Of a stretch of 64,000 bases of DNA, positions 33,678 through 43,550 are shown piece after piece; the first letter of the stretch is position 1, and the number at the start of each line of letters is the position of its first letter. The notes below the pieces were generated by a model that was not told the origin of the DNA, did not search any database, and saw only the letters and a program-made list of their open reading frames with translations. Source of the DNA: an uncultured delta proteobacterium (GTDB taxonomy: Bacteria; Desulfobacterota; BSN033; UBA1163); contig CAVPSJ010000004.1 in assembly GCA_963708295.1 (NCBI GenBank), positions 1,024,001 through 1,088,000 of the forward strand. Direction: 5' to 3'. A program made the translations under genes and the position numbers.

Positions 33678-34190
33678 TTAGCGAATTCTTCCAGGGGTGT
33701 CAATAAGAGAAACAGGATGGTAATAGCCCTCAACCTGACGAATCCAAACCGAAGTCGCACCCAATAAAGGAATACCGATGAACCCCTTCACCTCCAGACG
33801 ATCTGGAGCAGACAGAATCATTCTGCATTTATAGATCTTCCCATTGTCGGGGTTGTAGATGGTTCCCTTCTCCCAAACGTTCTTACCCGTATAAGTAAAA
33901 CCTTCTATGAGTCTTAGTCCAATCAGTGTACGGGACCGCAGATTTGCATTTGGGTTTTCACGGTCGACTACCGGTCTGCCGGCCATGCCCCCATCGTCGT
34001 CAGCCCGGTAAAGCGGTTCTTTCAGCCAGGCAATTCTCCCGCAGTATTTGATGCCGCTCTTGAAAATCTCGATCTTGCATTCGTTTCTTGGGGTGATCCA
34101 TAAACCGACTATTTTATCCTCATCTGCAGCGAAGGTGAACGGGGCCAACAATAGCAAGGTGAACAACAGTGCTAAAATAGCTCTTTTCAT
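33678..34190 (-). CDS. DUF2147 family exported protein
   Basis: IVGLW, DRENPNANLRSR.LIGL, GTIYNPDNGKIY, LEVKGFIG. Confidence 0.9.
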   Translation of the reverse strand: MKRAILALLFTLLLLAPFTFAADEDKIVGLWITPRNECKIEIFKSGIKYCGRIAWLKEPLYRADDDGGMAGRPVVDRENPNANLRSRTLIGLRLIEGFTYTGKNVWEKGTIYNPDNGKIYKCRMILSAPDRLEVKGFIGIPLLGATSVWIRQVEGYYHPVSLIDTPGRIR

Positions 34191-34263
34191 TTTATCGATC
34201 GCTTCTCTGGGATGAGAGGTTTGTTATTCAACAGGGAATTTTGTAAACACAAGTGATTTATCA

Positions 34264-34278
34264 GCAATTTCAATGCCA
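34264..34278 (-). promoter_or_regulatory. Sigma-54 promoter
   Basis: TGGCAT-TGAAA-TTGC, upstream of the DUF2147 gene. Confidence 0.7.
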
Positions 34279-34535
34279 ATAGACCTGATCGAAGCAACTC
34301 CATGATGGTCAAAAGAATTGGCAACAAATGGGGCCTAAATGAGGATAAAAGAAGTGACACTTCTTGCTATAGGGGGCAGAAATTTGGTAAGAAAAGTCCG
34401 AGGGACCTTCAGTAAATCCCAAACCTCTTTTCTTTCCTTCGTTCCAACAATTGCCTTGAATTCGAGAATCTCCAGAGCTGCCCTGCCAAAATCGGCATGT
34501 TTGCGGGAATCATGCTGAATTCTCTATTTTTGTCC

Positions 34536-35366
34536 TCAGTCGCTTCTCCACCGGGTGTTCGGGTAGACCCAACATGTCCCTTTTTCATTAATCCTGATGA
34601 AGATCGATCCGTCGGATCGAGTGCTCAGGACTTTCCGTGGCTCATCATAGCCGACAATTCTACAGCCAGAGGCACGCTTCGAATACCAATCCGTCGCGAC
34701 GGTACTCTGGCCGTCCTTCTCCAGGGACTTGTCAGAGAGGATGCAGAGCAACGGCTTGAATTCCTTCAGGTCAAACAGCGCCTGGCAACAACCTTCCGGA
34801 CGTCCGTGATATGGAACTTTAAACACATTCGTGCCGGAGACAGCGGACACAAAATCCGATTTTTTAAGCAGGTTTTCCCATCCGGATGCGGGAAGGTCCC
34901 CACCGAAAAGAAGCTTCACCCCTTTATAGACAAGGAGGGTTACGGCACTTGCCGTATTGGGGTCTTTGTAGTCGATGTTGTCAGCGAAATAGACAGTATG
35001 GCTGAACCCTCTGCCCGCTTTTACCGCATCATCGTCAGCTTTGATCCTTCCCTTGAGTTCACGGAGTGCAGCAATCTTGACGTGGTCGCTCTTCTTCCGG
35101 CCGATGACTTTATCGTCGAATTTGACAAGGGAAGGGCATCTGAAGGACTTGATGGTCTTCTTGGAGATACCGATGATGTCGTCGAAATGATCTGCGTGGG
35201 GGTGAGAGATTTGGAGTTCTGAAATTTCGCTGATGTTTTTTAGAAAAATGGATGGCACGACTTCGCCAGTTCCTACATCAATGACCAGGTTCTCGCCGGT
35301 GGGAGTAACGGCATAGACGAAGTCACCCTGACTGACGTCGAGAATCGCAACTTCGAGTTTCAACAC
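34536..35366 (-). CDS. Stand-alone ComEC/Rec2-type metallo-beta-lactamase-fold hydrolase
   Basis: LDVSQGD, SHPHADH, N..S, FGGDL, KVPYHG, TRSDGSI. Confidence 0.82.
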   Translation of the reverse strand: MLKLEVAILDVSQGDFVYAVTPTGENLVIDVGTGEVVPSIFLKNISEISELQISHPHADHFDDIIGISKKTIKSFRCPSLVKFDDKVIGRKKSDHVKIAALRELKGRIKADDDAVKAGRGFSHTVYFADNIDYKDPNTASAVTLLVYKGVKLLFGGDLPASGWENLLKKSDFVSAVSGTNVFKVPYHGRPEGCCQALFDLKEFKPLLCILSDKSLEKDGQSTVATDWYSKRASGCRIVGYDEPRKVLSTRSDGSIFIRINEKGTCWVYPNTRWRSD

Positions 35367-35705
35367 CGCGCGTCTCCTTTGTTCTTACGTTGTCCGAACA
35401 ACTGTCTTTGAACGACTTCAACGAAGGTCCATGGTTCGTTTCTAAAAGAACTCTAAACTTATTGGTTAGCAGTGTCAATTGGTTATTCCATGAGGGAGTG
35501 GGCTAAAAAATACTGGATTTCCATCTGTTGCCGCTAAGAAGGGTTAAGTTCAGGGCGAAAGATCGGTATTCAACACCCTATCTATCTGCGGTTCCAGTCG
35601 GCCTTGTTGGAAGGGTCTTGGCTGAATGTTCACGTGAGAAAAAAAGGAGCGTTATTGACTAACCGCAAAAGGGTCGAAACCATGCCAAATCAGGGATGGG
35701 AGACC

Positions 35706-35891
35706 CTAACTCGACCTCTTTTTTTGATTCTTAACCTTCTCGAAAAACAGATCAAGAAGTCTATCCCCTGTCCAAAATCTATTAGGTACGCCTTCCGCTT
35801 CTAAAACAATCGTCCCGTTATTAATTTTCGTTACTCGGTATAGTTGCCCTGTTAATTTTTCCCTATACTTGTCTCCTTGCTCGACCCTCAT
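35706..35891 (-). CDS. Small hypothetical protein (paralog of 35888..36076)
   Basis: Translationally coupled with GGAGG RBS; shares GD..K..L..V..LE..W..LD.FFEK with the upstream ORF. Confidence 0.75.
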   Translation of the reverse strand: MRVEQGDKYREKLTGQLYRVTKINNGTIVLEAEGVPNRFWTGDRLLDLFFEKVKNQKKRSS

Positions 35892-36076
35892 TTAACATTT
35901 CCTCCTTGATATTCTATTTTCTCGAAAAAAGAATCGAGTTCAGCCCCCTGGAGCCACATTCGCGAGTATCCGTTCTGGTCCTCCAGCATGACCATTTTTG
36001 AATCGTCAAATTCCTTTACCGTAAAGAGATCATGGCTAATCTTATTCATTAACGTGTCTCCTTTCATGACGATCAT
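35888..36076 (-). CDS. Small hypothetical protein downstream of the riboswitch
   Basis: AAGGAGGTG RBS; paralogous to the neighbouring ORF. Confidence 0.78.
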   Translation of the reverse strand: MIVMKGDTLMNKISHDLFTVKEFDDSKMVMLEDQNGYSRMWLQGAELDSFFEKIEYQGGNVK

Positions 36077-36110
36077 AAGCGGTTCACCTCCTTAGATTTG
36101 TTCTCGACTT

Positions 36111-36147
36111 AAAATAGAAAGCCCGGGATCGATTCAAATCACGGGCT
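36111..36147 (-). terminator. Intrinsic terminator (riboswitch expression platform)
   Basis: AGCCCG-TGAT...ATC-CCGGGCT followed by TTCTATTTT. Confidence 0.75.
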
Positions 36148-36162
36148 CTGCAAGGATTTTCT

Positions 36163-36244
36163 TCACTCTGGCAACCCGGCCATCCTGAACAGGACCCGTG
36201 GCTTTCCGTCCCCCGATCACTCGAGGTTTGGCTTTGTCAGTATC
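36163..36244 (-). ncRNA. c-di-GMP-I (GEMM-I) riboswitch
   Basis: AAAGCCAAACC-TCGA-GTGA-TCGGGGGACGGAAAGCCACGGGTCCT...GGATGGCCGGGTTGCC matches the GEMM-I consensus, with a GNRA tetraloop. Confidence 0.88.
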
Positions 36245-36264
36245 TGTTGTTGTTTAGGATTTGA

Positions 36265-36279
36265 GCAATAATAGTGCCA
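36265..36279 (-). promoter_or_regulatory. Sigma-54 promoter driving the riboswitch leader
   Basis: Perfect TGGCAC-TATTA-TTGC about 20 nt upstream of the aptamer. Confidence 0.82.
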
Positions 36280-36632
36280 AGGGTATGATGGCTTTATATC
36301 CGAAGAATTATTATGGTTTTTTCTCGAGGGCATAACCTTACCGAAGATTGAGGGTATGACTTTTTGTCGAATGCGTCAAATATGGACCATGAAGACCATC
36401 AGGATTCAGGGGATGGAGCCCGGGCTCGGACCACCGTGACGTTTACTCCTGTTTATTTATTCATGCTGTTATTTCGGTATCTCCGATTTGAATTCTAAAG
36501 CATCAAGACGTGTGCTGATGGTTCTTATTATCTTGCCTAACGGTAAGTCAACAAGAATCCGCCACGACCGAGTTCAGAGATAGGGGAGCGATCAGTAGTG
36601 GAGACAGAATGTCGGTGGCCGAGGTGGCTCGA

Positions 36633-36881
36633 TTATTGGGTGGCTTCACATTGGCCGCTACTAAGAGTTTGCATATAGCACCCTAAGGCAGTGACAAGCC
36701 AATGCAGATGTTCCACCGCAATCTCCCAACCATATTCTCCTGCTTTTGCTTGGGCTTCCTTTAATGTCGTTCCAGGATCAAATTCAATTTTCTCACCCCT
36801 CGGCCCGATTAAAAGAGCGGAGCCATCAAATCTCTGAATCAAGGTAGCCCTTGGTTTTCCATCAAGTAACCTGAAATCCAT
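36633..36881 (-). CDS. Hypothetical protein
   Basis: 82 aa; AGGAGG RBS; sigma-54-like promoter upstream. Confidence 0.65.
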   Translation of the reverse strand: MDFRLLDGKPRATLIQRFDGSALLIGPRGEKIEFDPGTTLKEAQAKAGEYGWEIAVEHLHWLVTALGCYMQTLSSGQCEATQ

Positions 36882-36925
36882 GAGTTCTCGACCTCCTGCT
36901 TCTTATTGTGTTTTCAAAGGGAAAA

Positions 36926-36940
36926 GCAATCCTTATGCCG
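36926..36940 (-). promoter_or_regulatory. Sigma-54 promoter
   Basis: CGGCAT-AAGGA-TTGC. Confidence 0.6.
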
Positions 36941-37246
36941 ATGACTCGATTTATTGTAACTGATCAATTATTAAGGCATGTTTTAAAAACCGGCTATTTC
37001 AGCTAAGACTTAGTGGGAAGAAATGTTCACTAAAGTTCCAAACGTTTTCCCACGAACTCCAAATGTCTGGGTGAAGATTCGTCTAAGGCGATCAAGAGCG
37101 GACACCTGATCTTGAAAAAAGCGTGGACTGATACGACTATTTTATTTATTGGCTGTTTACCAAACCCCGCCGGCTTGTTCCTCTTGCGGATTTTCAATGG
37201 AATGTCACACGGGACAGAGGGAGTTAGAGGGGAAAAGTGGAATTAT

Positions 37247-38671
37247 TCACCGAACATTACCTCTTGCAAGAGAGGCAAATATCCCGAAAAGACAGAGAAC
37301 CGCCAGGGAGGTAAATGCCATTTTTACGCATCTCAAGAAGACCGGATAGTATTCAGGAGTAATTTGAACCTTTCCGATATATACGGAGAATATCAGAATA
37401 ATAATGCCCATGCTTAATACCATTCCGATCACTCGCATCGTTCCAAGCGCCCCTGAAGCGACTCCGTAAAACCTATTCTCGACTGAACTCATCACGGCAT
37501 TCGTATTAGGGGACGAAAAAAATGCGAAGCCAAACCCAAGCAGAATTAAAGTCGCAACGATGAGCCACACGGCTGTGTCTTCATTCAAAAAAATGAACAG
37601 AAAAAGTCCGACGGCTGTCAACGCCATCCCTATCGAAGCGACGATTCGTGGCTCAGTCCTGTCCGACAGCTTACCCGCATAGGGCGAAAAAAAGGCCTGC
37701 ACAATGGGTTGGGATAGCAAAACAAGGCCAGCACTTTCAGGGGTGAGCTTTTTTATATATTGCAGGTAAAGACTTAAAAGGAAGGTGACGGCAAAGGTCG
37801 CGCTATAATGAATCAACGCTGCCAGGTTGGAGAAAGCAAAGACCCTGTTATTTCTAAAGAGGTTTATGTCCAAAACTGGAGTTTCTGTCTTTGTTTCCCA
37901 CTTAACGAATGCTAAAATGCCCAAAACCCCGGGTAGAATCAGCCAAACACCCCGCATCGTCGACAATTGGGAAAAACCATACAGGATCAGCAAAAGGGTG
38001 ATGCTGAAAATAATGGAGCCCCTGAGATCAAATTTCTCTTTTTCTGCCTTGTGCACTTCTCCTTTTAATTTCCAGAAAATGAGAAAAATGACGATCAATC
38101 CCAGAAACACATTTACAGCAAAAATACTTCTCCAACTGAAATGGTGCGTTAGAAATCCGCCTAAGAATGGCCCAGCAGAATTCCCCATATAAACCGCAGC
38201 CAAATTTATTCCCAAAACCTTACCCAGCTCCCTGGAAGGAAACACGGAGGTTAGCATCGCTGCTCCAACACAATAAGTCGCTGCGGCTCCAATGCCCTGC
38301 AGCATTCGAAAGCAAATAAGCATCGTGGCAGAGCTTGAAATAGCGGAACCAACGGACCCAAGGGTAAATATCAGAATGCCATAAGTGAAGATTCTTTTCC
38401 TTCCATAGATATCCGCTATCTTTCCGAAGGGAACAAGGAATATGGCTGAAGATAAAAGATAGGCGGTCGTCACCCAACTGAGCAAAATGGCATCCATCAG
38501 AAATTCTTTTTGGATGGAGGGAAGGGCGATATTGGCAGAAGACACTCCAAAGGGCGAGACAAAGGCAGCTAACGTGGTAACAAGTAAGACAACTTTTTTG
38601 GTTCCGGCGGCATCAACATCTATCGCATCCGTCATCGTTGCTCTGGACAAAGGGTTTCTGAATTTGGACAA
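37247..38671 (-). CDS. MFS drug-efflux transporter (14-TMS, DHA2-like)
   Basis: GKIADIYGRKR, GPFLGG.L...SWRSIF.VN, GKLSDR. Confidence 0.92.
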   Translation of the reverse strand: MSKFRNPLSRATMTDAIDVDAAGTKKVVLLVTTLAAFVSPFGVSSANIALPSIQKEFLMDAILLSWVTTAYLLSSAIFLVPFGKIADIYGRKRIFTYGILIFTLGSVGSAISSSATMLICFRMLQGIGAAATYCVGAAMLTSVFPSRELGKVLGINLAAVYMGNSAGPFLGGFLTHHFSWRSIFAVNVFLGLIVIFLIFWKLKGEVHKAEKEKFDLRGSIIFSITLLLILYGFSQLSTMRGVWLILPGVLGILAFVKWETKTETPVLDINLFRNNRVFAFSNLAALIHYSATFAVTFLLSLYLQYIKKLTPESAGLVLLSQPIVQAFFSPYAGKLSDRTEPRIVASIGMALTAVGLFLFIFLNEDTAVWLIVATLILLGFGFAFFSSPNTNAVMSSVENRFYGVASGALGTMRVIGMVLSMGIIILIFSVYIGKVQITPEYYPVFLRCVKMAFTSLAVLCLFGIFASLARGNVR

Positions 38672-38789
38672 GTCATCCCAGATAACCCAAAGTTGACTTT
38701 CTTGTCAATTTTGTATGAAGAAATTCGATATTTCGCTTCCCGGGCCGTTGAGAATCGAGGGACACTATCGATAGTACAGGAATAAAAGA

Positions 38790-38937
38790 TGGGTCATTGG
38801 GGAGAGATTTGGGGGGCGGTTATTCAGGTGTCACCAGAGTTCTACAGAGGGTTAACGAAAAGATGGTCGAGAATATAAGTTTGAGGAGGCAGGAGGAAAA
38901 GATCGATGACAGAATATTAAATGTCAAGGCTGGCCCC
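38790..38937 (+). mobile_element. Decayed 3' end of a probable Y1/REP-associated transposase
   Basis: IGERFGG..YSGVTRV..RVNEKM..ILNVKAGP; homologous DNA at 57907-58022. Confidence 0.5.
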
Positions 38938-39028
38938 AATCTCCATTCTTGAGTTAGTTTTCTTGCCAACAGCCCGCAAGGACTTGCCCCGGCTAGGGCT
39001 TCGATGGCCCGATAGGTTTCACCGGTAG

Positions 39029-39505
39029 GACCAAACGAACCTTCTCGCATTGAACGCGGCGGTTGAAGCGGCTCGCGCGGGGGCAGCGGGTGCAGGGTTT
39101 GCCGTGGTGGCGGATGAGGTGAGGAATCTGGCAATCCGGGCGGCAGAAGCGGCGAAAAACACATCCGGTTTGATAGAAGATATCGTGAAGAAGATCAGGA
39201 ATGGCGAGAAGTTGGTGGGGGTGACGAGCGAGGCGTTTAGGGAGATTATGGAAAGCTCAGGTAAAGTGGTACGACTGATTGGGGAGATCGCGGGGTCCTC
39301 GCAAGAGCAGTCCGTTGGGATTGATCAGATCAGTCGGGCCGTGAGGGAAATGAACAATTTGACGCAACAGAATGCAGCGGGAGCGGAGGAGTTGGCATCG
39401 ATCATGGCCATGTTTAAAACAAAGCCCGATTCTTCCAATGTCTTCAGTAATCGAAGTAAGGCGGTTAAAACACCAGCGACCCAAGAGATGCAACCTAAAC
39501 CATAA
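39029..39505 (+). pseudogene. Methyl-accepting chemotaxis protein, C-terminal fragment
   Basis: [35 protein letters not shown]; begins abruptly mid signalling domain. Confidence 0.85.
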
Positions 39506-39791
39506 CCCGAAAAACCCGATGGCTCCCCTGTCTTTGACCTGGGATGTTCAATTTCACAGTCCGGACAGATACAGGTTTCCGGGACACAAGTCCTAACCGC
39601 CAGAACCCCAATGTCATCAAGGATTTTTCCCCCTGTCCGTCCCCGTTTTTCAGTGGAACGGATTTTCAAAGGACATCACTTTCCCAGCTGAGAATTCAGG
39701 AAAACGCTCTGAATTTCTTCTTGACAACCTCTCAGGAACTATGATACGGGTGAGGCCACGAGAATGACAGACTAAACACAACGGAAAGGGT

Positions 39792-42026
39792 ATGATGATG
39801 AGCCAAACTCGACGAGAATTTCTAAGAAGCATAGCTCTTGTCGGCTCCTCGGCTGTTCTATTGGATGGTTTTCCAGGAATCCTTCGGAAAGCTTCTGCTG
39901 ATGAGTTGACCGGCCTGACAGCTGAAACGACTGGCTACACGTATTGCGACGGGTGCAATCACGTTCCTAAGTGCGGGATGGTATACTATCGGCGAGGCCC
40001 TGTCATCACCCGCCTGCAATCTCGTACAGATTTCAACTATCCGAATAATACTCTTTGCTCCAAGGGTTATGCGCAGCTCCAGGAGCAATATCACCCGGAG
40101 CGTCTTCGTTATCCTCTTAAGAGGACGACTGCGAAGGGGCAACCCTCGAAATGGGTACGGGTCTCCTGGGACGAAGCCTTAAAGGTGACCGCCCAGAAAT
40201 TGAATGCCATCAAGACCAAATACGGCGCAGAAACGGTCTGTTTCTACACTGGTGATCCAAAAGAGATGCGCCCCCCGCTCCAGCGGTTGAGTTTTTCCTT
40301 CGGCTCGCCTAATTATGGCACGGAGAGCGCGACCTGCTTCAGATCGGTTTCGCTGGCGGGGTTATTGCTTTTCGGGGATACGGTGATGGGAAGTCCGCCC
40401 TCTGCGCAAACGAAGAATTGTTTTATATGGGGTGTTAACCCTGCCTTTTCCGGACCCTATGCGATGAAAGGGCTTCTTAAGGCAAAGACAGGAGGTGTAC
40501 GTTTTTTTATGATCGATCCCCGCAAAACGCCTACTGTTCAAGCCCTGGACGGGGAACACCTTGCTTTAAGGCCGGGGACGGATGGGGCCCTCGCCCTGGC
40601 CATGATACATACGATCATTAATGAAAATCTGTATGACAAAGAATTTGTCACCCAGTGGGTCCATGGATTCGATGAGCTGAAAGAATATGTCAAAGAATTC
40701 CCTCCTGAAAAAGCGGCAAGTATTACGGGGGTGCCTGCAGAAAAAATCATAGGGGCCGCCCGGGCTTTCGCTGACGGACCGAGCACGTTAATGGTGAGCG
40801 CAGCCCCGGTCGTTCACCATACCAACGGCAACCAGAATATGAGGGCTGTGCTCTCCTTGGTTGCCATTACCGGCAACTTCGACCGACCCGGAGGCGTCAC
40901 CGTTCCTCCGCCAGCACTTCTCCCCCCAGACTTCCTCGGGGACCCGGTTTTTTGCAGACGCAACGACCAGCTGCCCAAAATAAGCCGTTTCCGTGCCGAT
41001 TTGGACCTGTACCCCGTATGGGCTGAATTGATCCCTGAGATCCAGATGAACAATCTACCCGAATACGTGGAGAAGGGTAAGATTCGCGGGTTGGTCATGT
41101 TTGGGGGAAATGCGAAGATGTGGCCACAGCCTCAACTTTATCAGAAAGCCATAGGCAAATTGGAGTTCTCCGTTGCTGCCGATTATTTCTACAGGCCCTG
41201 GACCCATGATTACGTCGACATCCTCCTTCCTGCTGCGACGTGTTTTGAGCGGCTGGCCCCGGTGGCCGGGTTTGGACGCAGTATGTACCAGAGGCAGCCC
41301 GTCAAGCCCTTGGGTGAGGCTCGTGAGGATTGGCAGATCATCGCCGATATCGGTGTCGCTTTGGGGATGACCAGTGAATTCTTCGGAGGCAATTTAGAGA
41401 CCTTTGTCAACGAGTCTCTGAAATCAACGGGTATCACGGTGGAACAGCTGAAAAAAGCCCCAGGTTCCATGGTGAACATACCTTTAAGCGAACCTCCGAA
41501 ATCACAAAAGTACGCCCTGGGCCTGCTCCGCAGGGACAAGAAACCGGGGTTCAATACGCCTACGGGTAAAGTCGAGGTCTATTCCACCATTTTGAAAAAG
41601 CACGGATTCGATCCTTTACCCACCTACAAAGAGCCGGTGGAAAGCCCGGTCAGTAAACCGGACATGGCAGGCAAATATCCTCTGGTTTTGATGACGGGCG
41701 CCCGCATTCCTTTCTACACTCACAGCAAATGGCGCGACATCCCCTGGGTCAGCGAGTTTCAGCCCGACCCGGTAGTCAATTTGAATCCTACCGATGCTCA
41801 GCAGCGAGGGATTAAGGAGGGGGATCAAGTCATCATTGAAAACGCCCGTGGCCAGATAAAAGTAAAGGCGCACCTCACGGAGATGGTTACCCAGGGGATG
41901 GTGGACGTGTTCCACGGTTGGCCAAAACAAGACGTCAATACGATGGTTTCCCGCGATTTGGACCCGATATCGGGGTATCCTCCGTACAAAAGCGGCCTTT
42001 GTCAGGTAAAAAAAGTTTCTGCCTAG
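39792..42026 (+). CDS. Tat-exported molybdopterin (Mo/W-bisPGD) oxidoreductase, catalytic subunit
   Basis: TRREFL Tat motif; CDGC..C..LCSKG; HPERLRYPLKR; IDPRKT; RPGTDGALAL; LLPAAT. Confidence 0.93.
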   Translation: MMMSQTRREFLRSIALVGSSAVLLDGFPGILRKASADELTGLTAETTGYTYCDGCNHVPKCGMVYYRRGPVITRLQSRTDFNYPNNTLCSKGYAQLQEQYHPERLRYPLKRTTAKGQPSKWVRVSWDEALKVTAQKLNAIKTKYGAETVCFYTGDPKEMRPPLQRLSFSFGSPNYGTESATCFRSVSLAGLLLFGDTVMGSPPSAQTKNCFIWGVNPAFSGPYAMKGLLKAKTGGVRFFMIDPRKTPTVQALDGEHLALRPGTDGALALAMIHTIINENLYDKEFVTQWVHGFDELKEYVKEFPPEKAASITGVPAEKIIGAARAFADGPSTLMVSAAPVVHHTNGNQNMRAVLSLVAITGNFDRPGGVTVPPPALLPPDFLGDPVFCRRNDQLPKISRFRADLDLYPVWAELIPEIQMNNLPEYVEKGKIRGLVMFGGNAKMWPQPQLYQKAIGKLEFSVAADYFYRPWTHDYVDILLPAATCFERLAPVAGFGRSMYQRQPVKPLGEAREDWQIIADIGVALGMTSEFFGGNLETFVNESLKSTGITVEQLKKAPGSMVNIPLSEPPKSQKYALGLLRRDKKPGFNTPTGKVEVYSTILKKHGFDPLPTYKEPVESPVSKPDMAGKYPLVLMTGARIPFYTHSKWRDIPWVSEFQPDPVVNLNPTDAQQRGIKEGDQVIIENARGQIKVKAHLTEMVTQGMVDVFHGWPKQDVNTMVSRDLDPISGYPPYKSGLCQVKKVSA

Positions 42027-42059
42027 CAAGGATGTTTAAAGAGAGGACGGGATGAGAAT

Positions 42060-42647
42060 ATGTCAAGATATGCGATGGTGATTAAAACGAATCTCTGTAT
42101 CGGCTGCCAGACTTGTTCGGTAGCCTGTAAGATGGAAAATTTAACTCTCCCCGGGTGTAGCCGAACGATCGTTAAAGAGCAGGTCAATGCCCGGTGGAAA
42201 ATCGGAATGTGCATGCAGTGTGAAAAACCGCCCTGTGTCTCCGTCTGTCCGGTGAAAGCCACATGGAAAAATGAACTGGGGATTACGGTCGTGGACCAGG
42301 GAAAATGCATCGGCTGTGGTAAGTGTATGGAAGCCTGTCCTTATGAAGCCAGGCACGTTAATCCAAAGATGGGGTATTTCAAACAGTCGCTTCCCTACGA
42401 GGAGGTTGCTAAGAAGACCAAAGAGAGCCACCGATTTCACATGCAACGAAAAATAGATAAATGCGATTTCTGTTTGCACCGGGTCAAACGCAATGTGCCT
42501 CCCATGTGTGTCGAGGCCTGCACCACCTTCGCCCGGATTTTCGGTGACATGGATGATCCTCAGTCCGAGATTTCTCGGCTCTTGACTCAAGGCGCAAGTC
42601 CCGTAAAGCCCGAACTAGGAACCCAACCCAAAGTCTTTTATCTTTAG
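42060..42647 (+). CDS. 4Fe-4S dicluster electron-transfer subunit (DmsB/NrfC-like)
   Basis: CIGCQTCSVAC, CMQCEKPPCVSVCP, CIGCGKCMEACP, KCDFC; GTQPKVFY. Confidence 0.93.
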   Translation: MSRYAMVIKTNLCIGCQTCSVACKMENLTLPGCSRTIVKEQVNARWKIGMCMQCEKPPCVSVCPVKATWKNELGITVVDQGKCIGCGKCMEACPYEARHVNPKMGYFKQSLPYEEVAKKTKESHRFHMQRKIDKCDFCLHRVKRNVPPMCVEACTTFARIFGDMDDPQSEISRLLTQGASPVKPELGTQPKVFYL

Positions 42648-42648
42648 A

Positions 42649-43308
42649 ATGGAAAACCTCCCCGCCGAAATATTCGAAGTCCGTCCCTCCATTTACGGAG
42701 GGTTAGCGAGTCTTCTATACTCAGAACCTTCTTCGGAAACCCTTGAAAAAGCAGGATATCAACTGGGCCGGGCAGAGGGAGCCGTCGCCCTTTGGAACGA
42801 ACCCGGTCTCGCGGCAAGCGTACAAAATTTCTTGAATGCCCTGGCACGATCCACCCAAGAGAATTTAGCCGTGGATTATGCCGGCTTGTTCCTGGGAGGA
42901 AAAGAAGGTCTTATCTGTCCGTCGGAGTCCAGTTATCTTGAAAACAAAGTCTATGGGGAAGCCACTTTGAAGGTGATAGAGGTTTATGCAAAGCAGGGTT
43001 TTGTCAAAGAGGATGCATTCCATGAACCGGATGATCATATCGCGGTGGAGTGTGCTTTTATGTCCACTCTGGGGTGGGAGTTTATCCAAATGATACATGA
43101 GAAAGGAAGGAATGCCCCTGCTTGCCAGGAGCACGTGAAACGACAGCTCGATTTCCTTAAAGAACATTTACTGAATTGGATCCCCGCCTGGGCAAAGCAG
43201 GTCCAAGATTTCTCGGAAACCGATTTCTATCGATCTCTCGCAGGATTGACTCGGACATGGATCGAGGCAGATCAGCGGCTTCTGGTTCATTTATTGCGCA
43301 CCTCCTAG
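42649..43308 (+). CDS. TorD/DmsD family chaperone
   Basis: DYAGLF, PSESSY, EPDDHIAVE, FLKEHLLNW. Confidence 0.92.
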   Translation: MENLPAEIFEVRPSIYGGLASLLYSEPSSETLEKAGYQLGRAEGAVALWNEPGLAASVQNFLNALARSTQENLAVDYAGLFLGGKEGLICPSESSYLENKVYGEATLKVIEVYAKQGFVKEDAFHEPDDHIAVECAFMSTLGWEFIQMIHEKGRNAPACQEHVKRQLDFLKEHLLNWIPAWAKQVQDFSETDFYRSLAGLTRTWIEADQRLLVHLLRTS

Positions 43309-43535
43309 AATTTGGTCTGAGGCCGATCCCCGTCGCTTCTTTATATTATCTTTGGGCTTGTCAGACCGTGATTCAGAAACCCTTATATCGTCTTCCTCCA
43401 CTGCATAAAGTTCGAGGAGTTTTTGTTCTGCCTCGGTTCTTGGCTTCCAGAAAATCATGCTCTTCTTTTCTCCTTCGATCTTAACCCTGCAAGACCGGTT
43501 TCAGCTGAAATTGGCATTCTCACTAACTCGTAGGA

Positions 43536-43550
43536 GCAATTTAAATGCCA
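43536..43550 (-). promoter_or_regulatory. Sigma-54 promoter
   Basis: TGGCAT-TTAAA-TTGC. Confidence 0.65.

Noticed and set aside
36163-36244. 3',3'-cGAMP-specific (GEMM-Ib) riboswitch
   Set aside because: The position aligning with Vc2 nucleotide 20 is G, not A, by manual alignment.
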